Shown here: positions 14,171 to 26,300 of the stretch, one piece after another
Layout of the letters: every line of letters begins with the position of its first letter
How positions within the stretch are numbered: the first letter of the stretch is position 1
Source of the DNA: Octopus sinensis
Lineage: Eukaryota
Direction of reading: 5' to 3'
Assembly: GCF_006345805.1 (NCBI RefSeq)
Contig: NC_043016.1
Location: forward strand, 15,128,001-15,192,000
DNA: 64,000 bases
Translations under genes and position numbers: made by a program
Notes under the pieces: generated by a model
The model's database searches: none
What the model was told of the DNA's origin: nothing
What the model saw: the letters and a program-made list of their open reading frames with translations, nothing else

Positions 14171-14344
14171 TCAGTTCAGTGTACCTTTACAATATGGGGC
14201 ACCACACAGGCAACTGATTTTTTCTTCTTCTAGAGGGAATTTATAATCATATGTTATTTCTTCATTAACATCAATATCTCTCTTGGAGTAAATAACAATT
14301 TTCTTATGAGATTCAACTGTGATGATTTTTGCATAGCAGTTTGG
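14171..14344 (-). CDS. SETD1: SETD1 last coding exon, SET C-terminus and post-SET: [57 protein letters not shown]
   Basis: Not in the ORF track. Acceptor tttttcag; EEITYDYKF and CLCG---C-G-LN post-SET; TGA at 14173-14171. Confidence 0.98.
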   Translation of the reverse strand, partial: PNCYAKIITVESHKKIVIYSKRDIDVNEEITYDYKFPLEEEKISCLCGAPYCKGTLN

Positions 14345-17300
14345 CTGAAAAAATAAAAAAAAAATAACGAAAGGTTATTAAGATATATGAGCTTATATAT
14401 AATTGTAATCATTACTAACTTCACATCCATAACTAACAACATAAAATTTAAAATCAGCTAATTGAGCACCACCAAACATTAATTGCAACAGATGTACACG
14501 CTAGTGAAAATAAGCAACTATTGCTAGATTTGTGATTTTGAATATTAAGATAAAAATATGAAGACAGTGAAAAGGAAGGCTCCTGGCCCATCAGCAGTTA
14601 CTGCTGAAATGCTCAGTATATCTGATAGAGTTGGGCACAGTCTAGTCACCTGTATAGATAATCAGGTTATTCAGGAAGGTGATACAGCAGCATCATAATC
14701 AGCTGCTACAAGGGCAAAGGAGATGCCTTAGATAGAAGTAATTATAGAGGCATCAAGATTCTGGACTAGGTGGAAGTTGCAGAGAGAGTTATAGCCCAGT
14801 TAATTAGGAGCAGAATTAGACCAGATAAAATGCAGTTTGTCCCGAGAAGAAGCACTACTGATGTTATTTCCATAGTCAGACAACTGCAAGGAAAATATTT
14901 AGCTAAGAACAAGCCGTTGTACTTGGCATTTGTTGATCTAAAGAAAACCTTCAACAGAGTAACCTGCTCTGTAATTTAGTGATCTCTGAAGAAGCTGCAG
15001 ATGGATGAATGGCTTGTGAAAGCAGCACAGGGGTACTGTTAGTAGGATAAGAGTTGGCCATGGGTACAGTGATGAATTTAGTGTACAGGTAGGTGGCCAC
15101 CAAGGGTCGATCCTCAGCCCCTTCCTATTTATCATAATCCTTCAGAAAATGACAGAGGAATTTAAGACTAGAACTCATACATGCTGATGATCTTGCACTC
15201 ATAGCAAAATCTGTAACAGAATTAGAAAAGAAATTCCAGATGTGGAAACAGAACCTAGAATCTAAGGGTCTTAAAGTAAACTTAGTAAAGACCAAGGTCA
15301 TAGTAAGCAAGAAATTGAATGGAACCCTTCACCCTTCCATTAAATGGTCCTCTTCCATGCTCACATGGATCGGATGGAACCTGTTGATGTGTATTTTCTA
15401 TGGCTTAATGCCACCAGCCCTCACTTGTTTCCAAGTTAAATAAGATTTCCTTCTGGCCAGACATGTTTTTAAGAAGGATTGGAAACAAAGGATACCATTT
15501 GCATGACAGTGACACTCACTCGCAACTATCAAGTGAGGTTAAAGCAAGGAGACAATGACACACACACGCACACACATGCATGCATGCACACACACACACA
15601 CTGGGCCTCTTTCAGTTTCCATCTGCCAAATCCACTCACAGGGCTTTTGATGGCCCAAGGCAATAGTAGAAGGCACCTGCCCAAGTGGAACTGAACCTGG
15701 AACCATGTGGCTAAGAAGCAAACTTCTTACCACACAGCCATGCCTACCTATGAGTATAAATGAAATGTCACTTACATTACAGCTGTGGTTGATGAAACGT
15801 GCCAGGTTGCCTGCTTTTGTTGCATCAATGATTGTTTCGTTATCAACTCGGAATAAATAGCTACTGCCAATACCCTGTGCACCATATTGTTTCTCACGTT
15901 CATCAGCAACAAAATGTCGGATTACTTGTCCAACATATTCAATAACCATTTCTTCAGCGGCAATGGGTTCCAGGGCAAATAAGCCCCAATCATGGATTGA
16001 GCTTTTAGCAAACCTTAATTGCTTTTTGCGAAACTGTAAAAATGAAAAAAATTTTTATTATTAAACCATGTCAATGTACAGGTTATAAAAATTTTAGTAC
16101 AATACACTAACGTTAACTCTAATATATATATACATATATGTATACTTCCAAGAGAGTTAGAGGTTGTGAATCCAACCAACTAAGGGATAATATCCAATAT
16201 ACTGCTGGAAGAATACCCAATTATTAATACACAAGTGTTTTTTATTGCATGGTAATTACACTACTGAATGTAATAAATGGGTGAGGGTAAAAAGTTGTTT
16301 TACCCTTAATTTATACAGCAATAAGAAAATGGAGGGGATCAAGAGGTGGTGTTCATCAACTTTTAGACATTATATTATGTCAATTCATTTATTTTTTAAA
16401 AAAAACAATTATAATAATATACATACATGTAAAACATATTATGCTTTACATATATTATATATAAAAATATCAGAAATTATTAAAATATATAACTTAGAGC
16501 ATAGAAAATAGGATAATTTCTTACAGCTGTTTCAGCCAAGAGGTCATAGTAACCCCACCTTACTTCCATCCCTTAAGTGAACTGAAGTATTTGGTAGATA
16601 AAAAGTATATGGGCGTGCCTCTGGGCTTCGTCAGAGATTTTAGAAAGTTCATAAGGTTAAGTTATAAATATAAATACATACATATATATATATACACTTT
16701 TACATATGCATAAATACAAACCTATACTTTTATATATATATATATGCATATGATGGAATGAATTATTATTAGATAACGTATAAACAGAGGAAAGAGAAAA
16801 TTATCGAAAGAGAAATAATAGTGCAATTTAAATAATCAATCATGCTTAAATGGTGCTTTTTACGTGCCACCGGCACAAACACCACTTAGCCGTTCTGGCA
16901 ATGATCACGCTCAGATGGTGCTCTTAGTGCTCCACTAGCACGGACGCCAGTCATCAAATTTGATTTCGATTTCACTTGCCTCAACAGCTCTTCGCAAGCA
17001 GTGTCCAATGAATGGAAGGTATGCATAAGTGGGCAAGTTACACCCCCATAAAGGCCACAAGGTTATGGTCTCACTTGGCTTGCCGGGTCTTCTCAAGCAC
17101 AGCATATTTCCAAAAGTCTTGGTCACTGGTCATTGCCTCGGTGAGGCCTAATGTTTGAAGGTCATGCTTCACCACTTCATCCCAGGTCTTCCTGGGTCTA
17201 CCTCTTCCACAGGTTCCCTCAACTGCTATGGTGTGGCACTTTTTCACACAGCTATCCTCATCCATTTTCGCCACATGACCATATCAGCACAGTCGTCTCT

Positions 17301-20300
17301 TGCACACCACATCTGATGCTTCTTAGGTCCAACCTTTCTCTCAAGGTACTTACACTCTGTTGAGTATGCACATTGACATTACACATCCATCGGAGCATAA
17401 TGGCTTCATTCCTTGCGAGCTTAAGCATATCCTCAGCAGTCACAGCCCATGTTTCATAGCCATGTAGCATAGCTGTTCATACACATGTGTCATACAGTCT
17501 GCCTTTTACTCTGAGTGAGAAGCCTTTTGTCTTCAGCAGAGGTAAGAGCTCTTTGAACTTTGCCCAGGTTATTCTAGCAGCTACACTTTCAGTACACCCT
17601 GCCCCGCTACTGACTTGGTCACCTAGGTAACCGAAGCTATCAACTATTTCTAGTTTTTCTCCCTAGAATGTGGTGGAAGTTGGTCTCTGAGCATTTTCAG
17701 TGTTTATTGCTCCTGAGCATCTGCCACATACAAAAACTATCTTCCCAGACATTACTGCACTTCTTATATGTCCATAGATTACACTGGGTACATCTTATAG
17801 AGTTTTACCTATGCCTTTTCTATAGATCGTGCAGGGCCATCTACCTGAAGGGATTTGTGGTTTGCCTGCCCTCCTACTTATTAGGACTTTGGTTTTAGCT
17901 AGGTTGACTCTAAGGCCCTTCGATTCTAATCCTTGTTTCCACACCTGAAACTTCTCTAGTTGTGATAGTGACTCAGCAATTAGGGCAAGGTTGTCAGTAT
18001 AGAGGAGCTCCTGGGGGCATCCTGTCTTGAATTCGTCTGTTATTGCCTGGAGGACTATGATAAATAGGAGGAGGCTAAGGACTGAACCTTGGTGGACCCG
18101 TACTTCTGCCCGGAATTCTTTACTGTACTCGTTGCCAACGCTCACCTTACTAACAGCGTCCCTGTACATGGCTTGCACAGCTCTCACTAACCATTCATCT
18201 GACCCTAGTTTCCAGATAAGGGATCGGGGCACCCTGTCAAAGGCTTTCTCCATGTCAACGAAAGCCAGGTATAGAGGTTTATCTTTGGCCAAGTATTTTT
18301 CCTGCAGCTGACTTACCAGAAATAAAGCATCAGTGGTGCTTTTCCCTGGCACAAACCCAAACGGCATCTCATCTAAACTGACTCTCTCTCTAATTAGTTG
18401 GGCTATGACCCTCTCTGTAACCTTCATTATTTGATCCAACAGCTTTGATACCCCTGTAGTTATTTGTATCTAGGGCGTCACCTTTACCTTTGTAGCAGTT
18501 GACTATGGTGCTGCTACACCACTTATTGGGTATGACCCCTTCGTGTATCACCTGGTTAACTATACAGGTGACTAGGCTATAGCCAACACAGCCAGATATT
18601 TTGAGCATCTCTGCAGTGATTCCTGATGGGCCAGGGGCTTTCCTTGTCTTCATACTCTTAATTGCTTTATCTACCAAGGTACTGTCAACTTGGATAACAG
18701 GTCCCTCTGTTGGGTCGACATTCGGCAGACCCTCTTTCTCCCATTCATTTTCTTCATTCAGCAACCTTTCGTAGTGGCGTCTCCAAACCTCTCTCTTTGC
18801 AACCTCGTTTAATGTAAGTGAACCATCATACATGTGGGTGCATTTCTCTCCTACAACATCACGATTCTCTCTCACACACTGTCTTGCAACATGAAATACC
18901 TCAAGTCTTTGGTCCTCACGGCACAGAGCATTGGCAAATTTTTTCTTATCTGCTTCCCCTCTGGCTAAATAAACCTGCCCCCTAGCTTCAGTTCTGGCAG
19001 TCTGATACAATTCCCTGCTACCACCGTTCTTCCAGTCCTTCCAAGCCTGTTTCTTTTCTCTAATAGCCCTGTCAACAACATTGCTCTACCACCATGTTAT
19101 TTTGGGTCGAGAGGGGTCTTTGCACCATCCACAGATCTGGTCAGTGGCCCTTAGCAGATTGTCCCATAGAAACCTCCAGTTGTCTTCTACATTGTGTGAA
19201 GCTATATCTCCTGCTATTTTGTCAAAGGCTTTGAGTAATATGTCTCTAAACAATAAAGTTATTAAAAAAATGTCATGTTTAAATGTGTGAAAATAGTGAT
19301 CAAAACTTACTATTGGGAAAGACAATAAAAAATTGGAAGTAAATGAAAGAGAGTGGAGAGGAATATAAACTGCATGACAGATAATGTGAAGTGGGAGCAA
19401 ATGAGTTTAAAAGGCAATTCGTTGGTATCATTACTGTGAATTGATTTGTAATGATTAGACATAAAAGTAATGAGACAAATCCTTAATTAGATGCTGCGAT
19501 ATAAATGTAATAATTTTGTCTTGGGCCATAATGCATACTTTACATACAACAGTTGGTTGGTTGGCTGTTTGCAATATAGGACATGTCCATTTTGCCGTTT
19601 AAGTTGTTTTCATATGACCAGAGAGAAATAATGTCTACAAAAACTAAAAGGTTTTTTAAAATTGTTTTTGAAAAACTTACCTTCAATTGATTAAATTTAA
19701 ATAGTTCACCCAACTCTAAATCACCAAAATTTGTTTGGAAACGTCTGATATTGTGCCTGGCTTCTCTTGAGGTCATTGACAACTTCTTTTCCTAAAAGAA
19801 ATATGAAAAAGTAATAAAACATGGCAACAGAATTTTATGAGTGTGTGTGAGTACATGTGGGTTGTTGTAATCTACCATCCCTTCATTGACAGACAGTCCT
19901 TTCCCTGGTTTATATTATGTATATGGCCCTGTCATCTCCTGAGGGGTAATGAAAAATAGCTACAGGAAAATGAGAAAATAAATTTCAAAATCAAAACAAC
20001 ATACATTTTACATTATTTACATTTGATGGATATTTGTCCTCATCTTGATTGTTGTTAACAATGTTTCGGCTGATATACCCTCCAGCCTTCATCAGGTGTC
20101 TTGGGGGAAATTTTGAACCTGGGTTCTCATTCGTAAGGTATTTTGCAATGTTATAATAATAATAACATTGAAAAATACCTTAGGAATGAGAACCCAGGTT
20201 TGAAATTTCCCCAAGACACCTGATGAAGGTTGGAGGGTATATCAGCCGAAACATTGTGTTAACAACAAACAAGGTGAGGACAAATATCCGTCAAATGTAA

Positions 20301-23300
20301 ATAATGTAAATAATTCCTCATCTCTTAAATATAGAACTGAACATACATTTTGTTGTCCAGGCTCAGCTGTTTTCGTCATATTGTTTGCATGACAAAGGTA
20401 TCCAGCCTTTTCTCTGTTACTGATCTTGTAAAAGCCTTCTGTTCGAGCTGATCCTGAATAAGAAAATAGCATTAATTATAAATGTTTTGTTTATAAACAG
20501 AATTATATGTAAACCCAATTTTGAATAAATATGGAATGTAATTACAAAAAGACATGCTAAAAATATTGAAATAATTATCACCTCATATAGAAAAAAACAT
20601 TTTAATTTCTTTCAACCTTAGATGGAAATTACAGGGATGGGTCAAATGTGTGTGTGTGTGTGTGGGGGGGGGTCATGCGAAAGGCTAGCACACCCAGATG
20701 AACTGCTTGAAATATTTAGTCAGCTCACATTGATGTTGTCAATTTCAATAAAAGATATTCCAGCAATATGATGCATTTTCCACATTTTCTAACTGTGAAA
20801 ACAATCTCATGAAAATAGAAAGTTTAATACTGTATACTCGTACACATAGTTTTAAATGCAAAAAAGTGTGTCATCTTCAATGCAATTTTTTAATCTGTCG
20901 TACATGTATATTTTAGCTAATATTTTAATTGCCACCAATAGAACCCAGTACACATTTAAGATATGGTATGGCAGGGTATTAAGATATTTTAAATTAGGAG
21001 CGTGGTCGATGTGGAAGGAGAAGTGGCTAAAGGGGGTCGATGGTCGAAAAAGTTTAGCGACCCCCGAGTTACAGCATGGTCATTGACTCACACACATGTG
21101 ATGACACAGAATTGTAAATTTTAGTTGACTGAAATTCTTCATGCAATCAGTAGACAAAGACTCCCCACTTTTAGCATTTAAACTAGTCATGGTTCAAACT
21201 GGCCAAATCTGGCCTCTCACACCTAGCCTACAATGTTGTTCTAAAAACATACAATTACATCATTGAAATCCTGAAGTTATGAGATAATGCATAATTAATT
21301 CAAAACAAGGTGAATGAATAAGAAGCATTACATTTGACAGGTTAATCTTAGTGCTAAAGGATTAAAAAATCTTTTTAAAAAAAGCGTGTGAGATAACCTT
21401 AATATCTGCTAATTGAAATGGACAACTGGAAAATAAAGTGATTGTAAATGGGAGTGAATCTAGTGCTATCTGATGAAAGCAATGAATATGTTTCAGCTTT
21501 ATTAGATCTCCCCAGCCAATAATATTGCACTCAACTGGCTTGGCATTTGTGTATGGAAACAAAAATAATGTAATGCATATTATGAATATCAACAATATGG
21601 CTTAACTGAACGTACGTGAGGAACATGTTATGCATATAAAACAGACTCAGGGTAAGGTTTGAGCAATATATGTTCTACTATAGAGATATAGTGTTCTCGA
21701 CTGGCCTCCATGCTGGTGGCACATAACAAACACCATCTGAATGTGGCCGTGCCAGCCTCGCCTGACCTCCGTGCCAGTGGCACGTAAAAAACACCATCCG
21801 AGCGTGGCCGTTTGCCAGCCTCGTCTGGCACCTGTGTCGGTGGCACATAAAAAACACCATCCGAGCGTGGCCGTTTGCCAGCCTCGTCTGGCACCTGTGT
21901 CGGTGGCACATAAAAAACACCATCTGAGCGTGGCCGTTTGCCAGCCTCGTCTGGCACCTGTGTCGGTGGCACATAAAAAGCACCCACTACACTCACGGAG
22001 TGGTTGGCGTTAGGAAGGGCATCCAGCTGTAGAAACACTGCCAGATTTATGGTGCAGCCTTTGGGCTTCCCAAACCCCAGTCGAACCGTCCAACCCATGC
22101 CAGCATGGAAAGGGGACGCTAAATGATGATGATGATGATGATGATGATGATTGCTTTCACCTTTAGTATTCACATTACTCTGTCTAATGCAATGCTTATA
22201 TACTCATATTGTTTTAAATCAATCATGCATTATTTTGTGGCTTTGAGATTCTGACGATGTGATGGTACATTTTCAGAATCACATTGTAGGGTAGGTGTGA
22301 GAGGCTGGATCTGTCAGTTTGAACACATAATAGGTAGAATATTTCAGCCTGATATGATTGGTCTAAATGCAAAATGGTTAAAGACAGGAGCCACTCTCAT
22401 CTGCATGCTTTTTATTGGATCAACCAAATTGGTTGATTGTTTTGAAGTTATTTTCTGGGTTTTTAAAAATTTTTTATTTTAAATACACATAAAGGGTGTT
22501 TTTATTTATTAATAGCATAAATAACTTCAGTTAATCAAAATTTTTCAACTCACTTTTATCTTTTACTTGTTTCAGTCATTAAACTATGGCCATGCTGGAG
22601 CAATGTCCTTGAAGAATTTTTAGTCAAATGAATCGACCCCAGTACTTACATTTTTTTAAAACCTGGTAGTTATTCTATCAGTCTCTTTTGCCAAACCACT
22701 AAGTTACAGGGGACACAAACACATCACTGGTTGTCGAACAGTGGTTGGGACACACACACAGACATTATACACACACACACAATGGGCTTCTTTCAGTTTC
22801 CATCTACTAAACCCAAGAAATCAAAGAAACTTGATCAACATGCTGTGCAGTGGGACTGAACTCAGAACTATATGATTGGGAAGCAAGCTTCTTTCCATAC
22901 AGCCAGATTTTATCATCACCATCATCATTGTTTAACATCCTCATTCCATTCTGGCATGAGTTGGATGGTTTGACAAGGCCCAAGGACTCCAAGTTGGGTG
23001 CCCTTCCTTACCACCAACCACTTTACAGTATGTACTGGATGCTTTCTTTTGTGGAAACAAACACAGTGAGGTCACCATGCAGTTTCCAAGATTACGAACC
23101 CTGAATGGAGAAAGAGGACTTTATGCGAACAGAATAAGGACAAAAAAGGGTAAAGTATAAGAAAAAAATGAGCAGAATGTGTGTATATTTAATATTCTCA
23201 AAGTACTGAAGGGTTTCTATGGAATTATCCCCTGCCACAGTTCAGAATAAAACATCACCAGGAACTGTTTGTGACAGAAAAAGTAAAAGCAAAGTTTATT

Positions 23301-26300
23301 GTGCAGCATCTTACTTTTTTAATCTGTTTGTGTATATTTTTTTGTTTATCTAAAGCATCTTTATTTGGTTTGTCATTTTAACAAATTTGGGGACAATAAT
23401 TTTAAGTACCTTGATGTTAGTTTCTATCATTATTTACGCTACAATCAATAAAATTTGTTTAATACATGTCTGTTACATAGAAATTTCCTCTTGTTGTACT
23501 AAGCAAATAGGAGAGAGATGTGCACCACACATGCAATCTCAATTTCCCCCCACCCTTACTCATCCCACTCACATTTCACTGCTATCTTTGTGAAGAGTGT
23601 AAGAGAGCATGTGCATAGGAAAAATTACAAGTATATATAAAATATAAATTAGAGATAAAACCACTATTATGCAACTCAAATAGTGATAGACATAAACCAA
23701 AACATAAATAACAAATAATATATATTTTTATAAAACATATAACTAGATCTCAAAAAGTATAAAAATGAATGATCAATATATAATAAGTAAAAAAAACTAC
23801 GTACGTTTCATGGCTACAATTAAATTCAAATTACAATTAAGTTTAAATTCAATTGAAATAAATTCGATTTAAAATTATAGTCAATCTTCAGGTTAACGAT
23901 AATAGTTAAATAAATAAGCAAATAGAGTTAAAGAATATTTATTTAAAAAATAAATAAAATAATAATTTTCCTTATAGAAAAAGACTCCATTAACTAAATT
24001 AGAAACTTAAGACATTAGGATTATTTCCTACAACACATTTATTATGTTAAATATTTAATTTTTTAGGTAAAAAAATAGATAGAAATATGTATTTATCTTT
24101 GAAGATATAATTTGGCTTTAAAAAGACATTAATAAACTATCGAATATCTTTAACTCAATTATACTTCAATATTTAATTACCAAATTATTTAACAAAATAA
24201 TCACTATTAATATTTTTAGATTTAAGTTCACATCTAATAATTATAAAATAATAAATACATAAAAATAAGTATCTAAATTATAATCAACAAATATAGTAAT
24301 TAAAAATCTAAAATTTTCTCTATCAATATATATAAACATATAACCAGAAATAAATAAATTAGTCCTTTATTACTTACATAAATGTTATAAATATCTACAG
24401 AATATATTTATGAAATACAGTTTAAAAATTAAAAATTAAATTAAAAACGTATAACCTTCCTTAAAAAAATCATATTACTATTTTACGATCTATATACCAC
24501 AGTGACTAACTAATATCTTAAAATTTACGTACACGGGTTCTTTTTCCTTGTATGTATGTCCAAGGTCCTATCCCACCCCATTTTCATCCACCCTCCCCTA
24601 TCTATGGTACTAGAGAGCAGAATCAGTACATTACACCCAATCCCCATTCCTTATCATCCCTGCCCATGCTATTTCAACCAATTACTCACTTGAGTCACTC
24701 TCTAATTCTCTCCTCTCCATTATACTCCATTCTGACCCCTTCTCTTATCTGCCATCATTCATTCTCAATATCCTCCTATATCTACCATCATGACCCACCT
24801 ACTTTGGCCCCTTATGTATCATTATCTCTCCCTCTCCACAGCTCTACACACTATCCCACTACTTTCTCTTCTACTCTCATTCCTGAGCCACTCCTACATT
24901 TCTCACCTTGCTGTTCTGCATACTGACATTTCCCCTGCACCCCTACTCTTGTTCTTCACTCACAACACTAACCCCTAACTCCACTTGTTTATTCCCTCCC
25001 CACATTCTTATGGATGCATTCACTCTCTCTCTCTCATCCTCTTCCATGATTCATCATCCTTCTCCTTTCTGATGCTGACCTTTTTCTTTCAAGCACCCCC
25101 ATCACTACCTTCCTTTCATCTCCTTCACCCACGTACCACCTGTACAGCAAAACACTTGTGCTTGTCCCACTATACTTTAGCATTTCAACACCTAGCCACT
25201 CATCTCCACCTTCCCCACCCACACTTCCTCTTTTCTTCTTTTCTGTCTTGTAAGTCACATGGCAACCTCACGGGTGCCAGTGGCACAAAAACAAAGAGAA
25301 AAGCATCCAGTAGACACTGTAAAGTGGTTGGTGTTTGAAAGGGTATCCAAACATAGAAACCATGCCAAACATGACAATGGAAATCAATGGAACCCTGCAG
25401 CTCACCAGTTCCCTGCCAAATCGTCCAACCCATGCCATCATGGAAATGGATATTAAATGATGATGATGATGATTTAGTACACAAATTCACAAATTTTCAT
25501 AAAATTTCTTTCTGTCTTCCAAAGAAAGAGAATCCATGTTTTAAGACATGTCCACAAAGCAAGATAATCAAAACTACAAACATTCATTAATTCCATGGAT
25601 CAAACTCTTCAGCAGAAACGACCAGGGACTAACACTAACTGCATCATCAATATATTTAAGCATATTTAAGGGTGGCAAGCTGGCAGAATCGTTAGCATGC
25701 CAGGCAAAATGCTTAGTGGCATTTCATCTACCGTTGCATTCTGAGTTCAAATGCTGCCCAGGTCGACTTTGCCTTTCATCCTTTCAGGGTCGATTAAATA
25801 AGTACCAGTTACACACTGGCGTAAATATAATCGACTTAATCCCTTTATCCTTGTTTGTCCCCTTTATGTTTAACCCCCTGTGCGCAATAAAGAAATAAAT
25901 ATATTTAAACATTCTTTTTTCTATGTTCTGTACTCAAAAGGGAAAACTACAAAAGGTAAAAAAATGACATTTTTAGTTTTGTAGATGTGTGAGTTGTTGC
26001 CAATGTGTCAGGCAATGACAGATTTTAGATTAACCCTTTTGTTACCAACCCAGCTGAAACTGCCTCTCGCTCTGTAGTACAAATGTCTTGTTTTCATAAG
26101 TTTTAGATTAAAATCTTCCACTAAACAAACCTTAGTCAAAATTTATGTTCCTAATATTAGCTTAATGATAACTATGTCATTTTACTAAATTCTTTGTTAT
26201 ATTTAAAATTAATTGAAAGAAACACAGCATCTCAACAAAAATACGGTAACGAAAGGGTTAACTTGAACCTATGTAACACACATTTGTTGGTTACTCCTGA

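Noticed and set aside
21735-21985. Direct-repeat array resembling CRISPR
   Set aside because: Units are head-to-tail with no unique spacers, lie inside an RTE 3'-UTR copy, the context is eukaryotic and there are no cas genes.
21628-22173. Poly-His and repeat proteins (also 35389-35655, 35590-35820)
   Set aside because: His/Met/Asp runs come from (CAT)n/(GAT)n retroelement tails read in different frames.
23650-24552. Possible mitochondrial insertion (NUMT)
   Set aside because: Very AT-rich, but I find no mitochondrial gene, tRNA or rRNA motif. A control-region origin cannot be fully excluded without BLAST.
24552-25260. Pro/Ser/Leu/His-rich ORFs in pyrimidine-rich blocks (also 36649-37150, 42451-42879, 1580-1870, 7440-7930)
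   Set aside because: Low-complexity CT/GA-skewed repeat bodies adjoining RTE 3'-UTR copies; no splice-compatible exon and no family motif.
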